64,000 nucleotides of DNA from contig OY762209.1 of NCBI GenBank assembly GCA_963665295.1, forward strand, positions 2,240,001-2,304,000, read 5' to 3'. How positions within the stretch are numbered: position 1 is the first letter of the stretch; each line of letters opens with the position of its first letter. Positions 40,086-48,895 of the stretch are shown here, piece by piece. The position numbers and the translations under genes were made by a program. The notes beneath the pieces are model-generated. The model saw nothing but the letters and a program-made list of their open reading frames with translations, did no database searches and was not told the DNA's origin. The stretch comes from Syntrophorhabdaceae bacterium. GTDB lineage: Bacteria; Desulfobacterota; Syntrophorhabdia; Syntrophorhabdales; Syntrophorhabdaceae.

Positions 40086-41895
40086 AGTGAAGCAGCCAGG
40101 CTTTGTCCAATTCGATAAGTATTCGGATTATTTTACAAACCGGTCCGAATTGGATATTGATTTCGCTAACGCTCGCATCCTAGCAGACATCGGGCTTCTG
40201 CCCCTCTATAAGGTTGGCGAGAAAGAAGTTGTCTTAGTGAATGACTTAGACTCTATTATTCCAATCCTTTCAAAAATGTCCCTATTATACGACACTTCAT
40301 TGTTTGCAGACAGTTTTCTAAGTAAAGGTGGGCCTCTGAAAATTTCTCCGCGCAAAGGTACCATGGTTGATATATTACCGATGAGCTCAAGAATGCAGAT
40401 TGATCCTGTCTTTTATGCGGCAGCTCGAAATCTCATGACCTTCATTTGTAAATTGGTCGATGACTCCGAGACTGAGAATACTACATCGCTTGATTATTTC
40501 CTTCCAGGGCGTGTATCAACGTCATCTGATCAAGTGAGACGCTATATTGAGAGACAGAAACGACGAGCGGACCTCACCTACTTATCACATGCAAGCCAGT
40601 TCGCAAATACGGCCTACTATATGGGGTCGAAGCGCATGTTAAGGGCGTTCCTGGTTGAGGCGATAGCGGAAGTGTTACCCGATGATGGCACGGTTGTCGA
40701 TTTGATGTGTGGCTCCGGTGCTGCTTCGGGAGCCTTCAATAAAGTCTGGAATACGATAGCCTCAGACGCTCAAGAATTTTGTACTACCCTAGCTCTCGTG
40801 CAGGGTGGTGGATTCTCGGCTGGCCAAGCGCAGAAATTGCTGGATCTAATTCTCCCAATCGCTCGTGACCATGCCAATATATTGCGAGGCAAGCTTCTTT
40901 ATTTTCTTCAGTGGGAGGACAGAATCCTTCACGGTGACACCGGGGCCAAATTGCTGTCGGAATACGAAAGATTTGTGATGTCCTTCCCGACCTATCCGCA
41001 CGGAACTGCTCATGGTGGATGGGACCCTCTGCAGGAAGTAGCTATGCGAAAGAAAGACATTCACCTCTACCCCTATTGTCTATTTGTCGCGTACTATGCA
41101 AATTTGTATTTTGGGTTGAGGCAGTCGGTGGAGATCGACAGTTTAAGATATGCACTAGACCAGGTAAAGGACGCGGTAGAAAAACAATGGGGAATGGGAG
41201 CTCTGATCGCGACGCTGAGTTCTTTGGGCACAACTTATGCTGGCCACTTTGCTCAACCTGTAGCAACTTCAACCAGACCTCTCAGTTTGCAGACGTTTTC
41301 AAAGATTTTAGAGATCAGAAGTTTTTCCATAATCCACGAGTTCAGCGTTAGGTTGCTTAGTCTGGCGGCTGAAAGTGAACGATCGAAAAATCCCATTGAG
41401 GTCATACCCGGGAGATGGTCAGACACCATGCCAGTCCTTGACAAAATTCTTGATAATCGCAAGAGAACCCTTGTCTACCTTGACGCGCCATATACCAGAG
41501 AGGAATACAGCCGTTATTATCATATTCTTGAGACCATTGTTTCTTATGGGTACCCTTCCTGTATAGGAGTGGGAAAAATTCCAGACAAACAGGCGAAGGA
41601 AAGGTTTCGTTCGGAGTTCTTTACAAAAGACAAAGCCAAGTTCGAGGCGGCTTTAGTCAAAATCATTGCAGAGGTCTTGAGCCGTGGCTGGATATGCGCT
41701 TGGAGTTATTCAGATTCTGGAAAAGCGAGCATCGTAACAGTTGTCGAGCAAGTACTGGGTAACGTGGACTGTCGCGCTCGGTCATTTTCGGTCCCTTATG
41801 AACATAAATCGCAAGGTGGTAAATCACCCAAGAAAGTGATCGAGTACCTCGTCATATTTCTGCCAGAGGAGACAAAAGGTTCGTTCGACATTTGA
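40054..41895 (+). CDS. Second DNA adenine methyltransferase with N-terminal extension
   Basis: YMGSK, DLMCGSG, GHFAQ, YLDAPY...YSRYYH.LET. Confidence 0.85.
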   Translation: MEYTSRMLSRKVKQPGFVQFDKYSDYFTNRSELDIDFANARILADIGLLPLYKVGEKEVVLVNDLDSIIPILSKMSLLYDTSLFADSFLSKGGPLKISPRKGTMVDILPMSSRMQIDPVFYAAARNLMTFICKLVDDSETENTTSLDYFLPGRVSTSSDQVRRYIERQKRRADLTYLSHASQFANTAYYMGSKRMLRAFLVEAIAEVLPDDGTVVDLMCGSGAASGAFNKVWNTIASDAQEFCTTLALVQGGGFSAGQAQKLLDLILPIARDHANILRGKLLYFLQWEDRILHGDTGAKLLSEYERFVMSFPTYPHGTAHGGWDPLQEVAMRKKDIHLYPYCLFVAYYANLYFGLRQSVEIDSLRYALDQVKDAVEKQWGMGALIATLSSLGTTYAGHFAQPVATSTRPLSLQTFSKILEIRSFSIIHEFSVRLLSLAAESERSKNPIEVIPGRWSDTMPVLDKILDNRKRTLVYLDAPYTREEYSRYYHILETIVSYGYPSCIGVGKIPDKQAKERFRSEFFTKDKAKFEAALVKIIAEVLSRGWICAWSYSDSGKASIVTVVEQVLGNVDCRARSFSVPYEHKSQGGKSPKKVIEYLVIFLPEETKGSFDI

Positions 41896-41967
41896 AGGTC
41901 CTGACAAATGCATAGATGCTTCCCATAATTTACGATCAGGGCCAAAACGTCGCCAGCTCGTTTCATA

Positions 41968-42123
41968 GGGAGGCGATAGGGACGTCCATTGAATGATCAA
42001 ATTATCTGCGGTTTGCAGAAAACTAAAGGTTTAGGCGTCGAAGAAATCCCTAATGATGTCAACCTTTAACTGTTTCTTCCCGAAATCATTGCCGAGTCAA
42101 AGGAGTCCGTGCTCGACTTATAG
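41968..42123. repeat. 156-bp direct repeat, copy 1
   Basis: Matches 57613-57768 with about 8 mismatches by eye; cut by IS1634 at 42124. Confidence 0.9.
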
Positions 42124-43865
42124 CCTGACTTCCCGCCCTATTGTAACGAGGCCGGCCCCCTTACCTCCAGCCTCGCATAAAGTTCCATCTGTTTCTTCGT
42201 CATCTCCCCCACCATGAGACGCTGCCCCGGCACTTCGTAACATTCGATGACATCAAGCTCATCCAGGACTTCCTGCAGCGTGTAATCTTTGAAGAGGTTG
42301 CTCTCCTGCATCTTCCTGGTGATGTGAGATAAGAAGATAAGGGCGATGAACTGGACAAAGAGCTTGCCGTCGAGACTCTGCTCGGAGGAGACGGCAAGCC
42401 TGCGTACGTTCAGCCGTTCCTTCAGGTTCTCGAAGGCCTTCTCCACCAGGTCCTTGTTCCGGTAGATGGTAAGCGCTTCAAGGGGGTCTTTTATTTCGTT
42501 GCTTAGGAGGGCAAAGTATCCGTAATTGCGTTTCGCCTCTATGAGAACCTCTTCTTTGGCAACCACTTTTGTCCCCCGGACCGGCGTACTCTTCACCTCG
42601 AAGTATTTCGCATAGTATTTCTCATGATCCGGATAGCGAGTACCGCGTTCCAGTTCTTCCTGCCAATCAGAGAGACGGGTAGTGAAGGCCAGCTCATCCT
42701 CTAAGGCTCTCTCCGGAGAGAAATACAGATGAAGATACATCCGGCGGTCCTCCGCGAGGGTGTCTCCTTTGTGGGGCCGATCCTGTACATAGTCCCAGGT
42801 GATCGGCAAAGAATAGGCATAGAGCCCATAGGTCTTACTGTAATGGGTGAAGCTCCGCATCTTCTCCCGGACGGGGTCAAGGTGCCTCTCCACGAACGTA
42901 AGGGGCAGCCGTGCGGCAATGAGGAACTTCATATGATGTTTATACAGGTCGTTGATATTGGCCGCACTGTAGAAACCCCGGTCCAGGACCACCTTGATCT
43001 TTTCATAACCCAGGGCGTTCATGTCGCTGAGCAATCTCCTCAATGTCTTCACATCGGGGATGTTGCCCGGGAGCTTCCGGTAATAGAAGGGCAGGCGTGA
43101 CTGCTGTCCGAAGAGGAGTGCAAGGTTGATCTGGGGAAGGTGCTCATGGTCCTTGTTCTTCCCGTAGCGTACCTGCCGCAGGCACTGGGAGTAACTGGAG
43201 ATGGAGGTGCTGTCATAGGCGAGATATTCCTTCTCTACCCGGCGCTTCCCCTGAAGGGTAAAGAACCGCTGTCTTCCTTCCTCGGTGATCGCGGCAAAGA
43301 GGTCGCTACTCCTCTGGGAGGAGATGACCTCCCCATGTGGATGCCAATGAACGTGAGCCCACCGGGGGAAGCGGCTCAAGGGGTTCTTGTCCTCCAATAT
43401 GAGGTAATAGGCGAGGGAGAGGATCTTACGATAGCTATCGGGGAAACAGGTCCTCAAATCCTTTGTCACCCCTATCTCTTCCCCGATACGGTCGAAGAGG
43501 TAGGTGGCCCCATAAAACAACCGGGCAGTCCGGGTGATGGGCACCGGGCCAGGCTTGATCGTCTTTGGCTCCACCTTCTTTTTCCTGGTGGGGATGATTT
43601 CCCCAGTCTCTTCGTCTACCCTTCCGATGCACACACGCTTTGCCCTGGACTGCTTCCTCTCCTTATCCCAGAATGAGACCGATTCATAGGCATACCTGAC
43701 CCCGGTCTTCTTATTGGTCTGATAGACGATCGCCATGCATTCCCTCCTTCATCGTTACAACACTATAACTTGTAACGATGACAAATGCAAGGGGAATCAC
43801 ACCTAATTCTATGTTTATTAATGGGTTAGATGTGTTTCCTCGTTATAATTGCGCGGGAAGTCGGG
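42124..43865 (-). mobile_element. IS1634-family element
   Basis: IRs CCTGACTTCCCGC / GCGGGAAGTCGGG; flanks differ (no target duplication). Confidence 0.88.
42138..43736 (-). CDS. IS1634 transposase
   Basis: YDSTSISS, YGKNKD...LPQINL, DRGFYS, YRNKDLVEKAF..LK. Confidence 0.9.
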   Translation of the reverse strand: MAIVYQTNKKTGVRYAYESVSFWDKERKQSRAKRVCIGRVDEETGEIIPTRKKKVEPKTIKPGPVPITRTARLFYGATYLFDRIGEEIGVTKDLRTCFPDSYRKILSLAYYLILEDKNPLSRFPRWAHVHWHPHGEVISSQRSSDLFAAITEEGRQRFFTLQGKRRVEKEYLAYDSTSISSYSQCLRQVRYGKNKDHEHLPQINLALLFGQQSRLPFYYRKLPGNIPDVKTLRRLLSDMNALGYEKIKVVLDRGFYSAANINDLYKHHMKFLIAARLPLTFVERHLDPVREKMRSFTHYSKTYGLYAYSLPITWDYVQDRPHKGDTLAEDRRMYLHLYFSPERALEDELAFTTRLSDWQEELERGTRYPDHEKYYAKYFEVKSTPVRGTKVVAKEEVLIEAKRNYGYFALLSNEIKDPLEALTIYRNKDLVEKAFENLKERLNVRRLAVSSEQSLDGKLFVQFIALIFLSHITRKMQESNLFKDYTLQEVLDELDVIECYEVPGQRLMVGEMTKKQMELYARLEVRGPASLQ

Positions 43866-44466
43866 TAATTACTGAGCCGAAAGTAGCGATGGGGTTTTGT
43901 TGCATATCTTCATAACGAACAATATGAATGGGAATCAGCGCTTGTTCCTGCCAGCTTTTTACATGGCTCTTCCACGAAAGTAGTTTTTGGCGAAGTTGTC
44001 CTTCTCTTTTGCCGGCAACCTGTGCTTCTTCATTTATTAATAAGTTTAAAGTCGGATCAATCTTGCCGGCCCTGTGGTTGGCATATGATACGCAAACATC
44101 CATTGGATTGCGTACAAAATAAACAGCACATCTGGAAATTTCTTCCGGGAAAAGGGGTTCACCTGTGGCATTCACAGTGTAAGCATCATGTGTTTTTTTG
44201 TAACTTGTTTCTCCTGCGATTTCTGCTTTATGCGATAAGATCCGATACATATCGGGCCGGTAAAAATCGACCTCTTCGGGTGTAAGTTCGAATGGATTCA
44301 GCCCAATTACATCTTCGAAATCAATGGCATTGCCCGAAAGAGGAGTCGATTCAATCTCTTCTAATGATATCGGATCCGGCTTGTTCTTCAGGTAGTTGGC
44401 CAAGAACATTCGGAACCAGGTATTTCCGGATTTGGGGTAGGATACCAGCCAAACAATGTTCTTCAT
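43866..44466 (-). pseudogene. PAPS-dependent sulfotransferase, 3' truncated by IS1634
   Basis: WLVSYPKSGNTW, KTH, VRNPMDVCVS, RYEDM; ORF runs into the IS end. Confidence 0.85.
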
Positions 44467-45296
44467 TGGTCGATCTCTTTTTTAATGCATTTCATGGTTT
44501 CGTAAATATCACAAGAAGCAGGGCGGAAAATTTGGGTGACACGAACGTTACCTGCCAATTTAATTAATTGTTTGAAGTAGGTTTTTTCTGTTTCGGGCAT
44601 TCCCTTTAAGTACATTCTCCGGTAAATCTGACTGCGTAATGCATTGTACTTAAACATCCCGCTGATTTTATTCACTTCGAATGTATCTTTATTGTGTTTG
44701 CAAAGGATGAACAGATGATCTAAGTGAAGTTCAGCCGAAGAAGATTCCTGAATCGGGAGATAGAATTTATTGATGGAAGGTCTGATCATTTCAAGATTAT
44801 TATTCGTAATCTTCAATTTTAGGAGAGAATCGTCCCATAACTTCATTTTGGTTTTTATCGGAATGATAGCGGTTACTGGCCCGTTCATCCGAACAGGTGT
44901 GACATCATCGTTAATAAAACACCCGCCGTTCTGACAGAAAGCAGCCGTTACTGATGATTTACCGGAGCCGGAGTACCCGCAGATTAAGATGCCTTTCCCA
45001 TCGTATTCAAATGAGCAACCGTGGAAAGGCAAAATACCTTGCTGATGCAGTACAGCACCCAATATTGGGCCATTCAGAAAAAGTTTGATGGAAGCCATAT
45101 CTGCGTTTTCATGCGGATGAATAGACACATGATTCCCATCTCTCACGCGAAAGCTCGCGACATGATCAATATTCATTATAAAGTCACTCTCATCTACCTG
45201 AAGATGTGGAAAAGATAAACGTGCATTTGAGAGATTGCCTACTTCTTCACGAGAAAAATTGAGATACTCCAGGGCGACAGGAAAACTAAAATCCAT
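44463..45296 (-). CDS. HPr-kinase-like peptide kinase (lasso-cluster type)
   Basis: LHQQGILPFHG, GYSGSGKSS, NDD, KLWDD. Confidence 0.8.
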   Translation of the reverse strand: MDFSFPVALEYLNFSREEVGNLSNARLSFPHLQVDESDFIMNIDHVASFRVRDGNHVSIHPHENADMASIKLFLNGPILGAVLHQQGILPFHGCSFEYDGKGILICGYSGSGKSSVTAAFCQNGGCFINDDVTPVRMNGPVTAIIPIKTKMKLWDDSLLKLKITNNNLEMIRPSINKFYLPIQESSSAELHLDHLFILCKHNKDTFEVNKISGMFKYNALRSQIYRRMYLKGMPETEKTYFKQLIKLAGNVRVTQIFRPASCDIYETMKCIKKEIDQ

Positions 45297-45563
45297 AAAT
45301 GTACTTTTTTAGGAAGAATAGAAGGTAGAGGAGGTTTTTTAATAGTTTCTCCCGGTAGAATCTTTTGCGCATTTGCAAAATCCGTTCAACCTCGAACACC
45401 AAATCCGGAAAACCTCGAACACCTGATCCGGTGATATCCGAACAGTGAATCCGGAAAACCTCGAACACTTTTTCTCACTCACCGGATTCGGTGTTCGAGT
45501 AAAACGGATTTGTTACCCTCCCTGCCCGACATGATAGACTGCGCCCAAAAACGGAGGGCGCGG

Positions 45564-47111
45564 TTGAAGAAACAGGGGAGGAAATTATCCATGAAGAAAC
45601 TGAAGGAAGTTGCACGGCTGTATCTGGAACTGGGCCTGGGAGTGCGCCCTATCGCCCGGGCATGCAACATCTCCGCGTCCACCGCCTCGGTCTATGTGGA
45701 GAGACTCAAGGGCCTCGGAGCCACGTATGGGCAAATATGTGAGATGGACGAAGACGTTCTCTCAGGACTCCTTTTCCCCAAAGAGGAGAGGGCAACAAAG
45801 GCGCTGCCCGATTTTGACTATCTCACGACGGAACTCAAGAAAAAGAAGGTAACCCTCCAGATCCTTTACGAAGAGTACCGCCAGAACAATCCGGAGGGAT
45901 ATGAGCGGACCCAGTTCTACCACCTCTACCATGAGTGGGCCAAAAGGGCGGACCCCGTGATGCGTCTCACTCATAAGGCGGGAGAGAAGATGTTCGTCGA
46001 CTTCTCCGGAGACAAGGCCCACTACCAGGACGGCGCCACCGGCAAGACGGTTGAAGTCGAGCTCTTCGTCTCCGCACTCGGAGCAAGCTCCTATATATTC
46101 GCCCGGGCTGTTAAGGATCAGACAAAGGAGAGCTTCGTGGAATGCAACGTGAGGGCGCTCAATTACTACGGAGGCTCCCCCGAGTGCATCGTGCCTGACA
46201 ACTTGAAGGCCGGCGTGACCGATGCGTGTTACTATGATCCCGAGATCAACAAGACCTTCGCCGCCATGGCGGAACACTATCATATTGCGGTGCTGCCCAC
46301 GAGAAAGGGGAAAGCGAAGGACAAGGCCAAGGTGGAGAACGCCGTGCTCCAGGCCCAGAGGAGAATCTTGGCGGTACTGAGAAACCGGACGCTCTTCAGT
46401 ATCGGAGAGCTCAATGGCGCCATCCAGGAAGAAACGGAGAAGCTCAACAGAAGACCCATGGCGGTGATAGGCAAGTCCCGGTATGACCTCTTTGTGGAGA
46501 TAGAGAAGCCCGCACTAAAGCCGCTACCGGAAGAACGGTTCGTGATCGCGTCATGGCTTAACGCCACGGTCCATATCGACTACCATGTCGCGGTGGAGAA
46601 GACCTATTACAGCGTGCCCTACACCTTGATCGGCCATGAACTGGATGTGAGGTATACCTCCTCCGTGGTGGAAGTCTACGACCGCGGCAAAAGAGTCGCC
46701 TCTCATATGAGAATCAATAAGGCAGGCGCCTTCGTGACGGAGAACCTCCATATGCCCCGCGAGCACCGGCAATATCTTGAGTGGACGCCCGAGCGCATCA
46801 AGAAATGGGGAGCAAAGATCGGCCCCCATACAAAAGAGTTTATGGACGAGGTCATGGCGCACCGGGACCATCCCGAACAAGGCTTCCGAAGCTGCCTTGG
46901 TATTATCCGCTTATCAAAGACATATTCTCCGGAGCGGGTAGAGAAGGCATGCAAAAGAGCCCTGGAGCTTCAGGCGTATAATTACCGGAGCGTCAAATCT
47001 CTCCTTGAAAAGAATCTCGAGAATCTCACTCCGGCAGAAAGAAAGAACATCGTCCCCCTCCATGACAACATCCGGGGAAAAGACTATTACGGCGAGGTGA
47101 CCCATGATTGA
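45564..47111 (+). CDS. istA: IS21 transposase
   Basis: FVDFSG, VPDNLK, KDKAKVE, YYSVP; TTG start behind GGAGG. Confidence 0.93.
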   Translation: MKKQGRKLSMKKLKEVARLYLELGLGVRPIARACNISASTASVYVERLKGLGATYGQICEMDEDVLSGLLFPKEERATKALPDFDYLTTELKKKKVTLQILYEEYRQNNPEGYERTQFYHLYHEWAKRADPVMRLTHKAGEKMFVDFSGDKAHYQDGATGKTVEVELFVSALGASSYIFARAVKDQTKESFVECNVRALNYYGGSPECIVPDNLKAGVTDACYYDPEINKTFAAMAEHYHIAVLPTRKGKAKDKAKVENAVLQAQRRILAVLRNRTLFSIGELNGAIQEETEKLNRRPMAVIGKSRYDLFVEIEKPALKPLPEERFVIASWLNATVHIDYHVAVEKTYYSVPYTLIGHELDVRYTSSVVEVYDRGKRVASHMRINKAGAFVTENLHMPREHRQYLEWTPERIKKWGAKIGPHTKEFMDEVMAHRDHPEQGFRSCLGIIRLSKTYSPERVEKACKRALELQAYNYRSVKSLLEKNLENLTPAERKNIVPLHDNIRGKDYYGEVTHD

Positions 47112-47862
47112 GGCGATGATCGAGAAGATGCTCCTCATGAGGCTCTTTGGCATGGCGGAGGGGGTGAAAGAGCAGATGTGTGACGCCTACCGTGACCTCG
47201 GCTTCGAGGAGCGATTGGGGATCCTGATCGACAAGGAAAAGCTCTACCGGCAGAACAGCCAGATCAAGAGCCTTCTGTCTCAGGCTCACCTGCGTCACCC
47301 CAACGCCTGCGTTGAGGACATCGACTTCCGGACGAGACGGGGCCTGAGTAAAGAGGCGATGCTCAGGTTCTCCCAGAACGACTGGATAAGGAACTACCAG
47401 AATATTATCGTCATCGGGCCTACCGGTGCGGGGAAGACGTTCCTTGCCTGCGCGTTGGGGAATAGCGCTATACGGCAGGGGATACGGACCCTCTATGTAA
47501 GACTGCCCAGGTTCGTGCAGGACCTTAGGATCGCGAGGGCGGACGGGAGTTATGCGAGGCTCCTTGAACGGATACAGCGGATGAAGCTCCTCATCATCGA
47601 CGACTGGGGAATAAACCCCTTTGCAGACGGGGAGCGGAGGGACATCCTGGAGATCATGGAGGACCGGCACGGGGCCCGCTCCACCATCATCACCACCCAG
47701 TTCCCCATCGACACTTGGCACGACATCATCGGAGACCCGACCCTGGCGGACGCCATATGCGACCGGGTCATCCATAACGCTCACAAGATCATCCTGAAGA
47801 CAGGAGAGGAATCCATGCGGAAAATACATTCGACCTTGACGGAAGGTCGAACACTTTTATAA
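47104..47862 (+). CDS. istB: IS21 helper ATPase
   Basis: GPTGAGKT, LLIIDDWG, ADAICDR. Confidence 0.95.
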   Translation: MIEAMIEKMLLMRLFGMAEGVKEQMCDAYRDLGFEERLGILIDKEKLYRQNSQIKSLLSQAHLRHPNACVEDIDFRTRRGLSKEAMLRFSQNDWIRNYQNIIVIGPTGAGKTFLACALGNSAIRQGIRTLYVRLPRFVQDLRIARADGSYARLLERIQRMKLLIIDDWGINPFADGERRDILEIMEDRHGARSTIITTQFPIDTWHDIIGDPTLADAICDRVIHNAHKIILKTGEESMRKIHSTLTEGRTLL

Positions 47863-47960
47863 AGTAGAGACGGCAGGGAGAGGACTACTGAAACACCGTT
47901 CGGATAAAACCGGATTGAGTGTTCGAAGTGACCGGATTAGCCAGCGCATTAGCTCATTTG

Positions 47961-48113
47961 TTAAGAAAACGAAGTGGTATTTTCTATTGCCCCGGCAATT
48001 TTCGCTGTCTTATCCACATCCAAATCTACAATTTCGGGTGTTACCCATTCTTTTTTCACTTGCTCTTCTTTGTCCATTTTTTGATTCGAATTATTTGTAA
48101 TACGGGCATCCAT
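47961..48113 (-). CDS. Putative lasso-peptide-type RiPP precursor (50 aa)
   Basis: GGAGG RBS; KKEWVTPEIVDLDVDKTA leader (W/YxxP...T-2), short core ending in Ser; sits next to the kinase once IS21 is removed. Confidence 0.7.
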   Translation of the reverse strand: MDARITNNSNQKMDKEEQVKKEWVTPEIVDLDVDKTAKIAGAIENTTSFS

Positions 48114-48532
48114 TATCTTCACCTCCTGGCCTTTGTGAAAAGTTAAAGCACCCTTATTCCAGGGATTGCAAGCTTTTACCAAAGTGCAATTTCTTGTGCC
48201 CCCATACGATTCCAACAGATCAGCACATCTTCCATTTTGGGTTTTGAATGGTAGCACGGAGTGATCCCCCTATTTTGAATCTCATTGACAGGTAAATTTT
48301 ACAACATAAGACTAAGAATAAAGAAAACTCCTTCTATAATAATTGTTGATAAGGTATGCCGATGATTGCGGAAGGGATCTGTCGAAACAGCTTTTGCCTT
48401 GAGAGATTTTAGAAATTGGCGCCTCTTTGGGTCGATACCCCCCCATAGAGGAGGCCGTTTCGGGCATCATTCAGGCAAACCTGTCCTGCGCGCCCCGAAT
48501 GAGCTCCGCTGAATCTTCGATTTCTCAAAGCC

Positions 48533-48720
48533 TTATGCCTGGACATAGTCATCCCAGGCGTATTCCGGGTCCCGATAAAGGTGATCGTCATTGACGGGGA
48601 GTTGGGATACATCGTCCATGACGGCCGGGTCTATCGTTCCGCCTGTGCTGTGCATGCGGACAGGCGGATCATGGATTTTCGGTGGCGGTCTTGCTCTTGC
48701 CAGCCAAAATCCGTCGTCCC
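48533..48720 (-). pseudogene. Probable C-terminal remnant of an IS91-like transposase
   Basis: GFW..RARPPPKIHDPP...DDHLYRDPEYAWDDY resembles Pro/Asp-rich IS91-like tails; no catalytic part present. Confidence 0.45.
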
Positions 48721-48895
48721 CTATGAATGCTTGGCTCAACAATAATCGATGCGCTGTTACGTCGGACATCTTTATGACAAAAATTCTTTGACTATTTCGG
48801 TCCATAGTGTCAGAATTGAACCATCCAGAGAACATATTGGTTCAGCAGAGCTTGCGCGGAAAGTTGTCCGTATATTATACGCTGGGAAGGGCAAA

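Larger units (their letters stand above)
45374..47943 (+). mobile_element. IS21-family element
   Basis: TG...CA ends, multiple subterminal TCGAACAC/ATCCGG repeats, 7-bp target duplication GCGCATT (45367-73, 47944-50). Confidence 0.95.

Noticed and set aside
41970..42060. Fluoride riboswitch (GGCGAT...CTAATGA)
   Set aside because: The spacing is too long, the pseudoknot pairing is absent and no fluoride-related gene follows.
45286..45468. 60-aa ORF as a truncated nucleotidyltransferase of the RiPP cluster
   Set aside because: Half of it lies within the IS21 end, and removing the IS leaves only about 100 bp between precursor and kinase.
45374..45500. Short repeat array (CCGGAAAACCTCGAACAC) as CRISPR or iterons
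   Set aside because: These are the normal subterminal repeats of IS21 and are mirrored at the other end.
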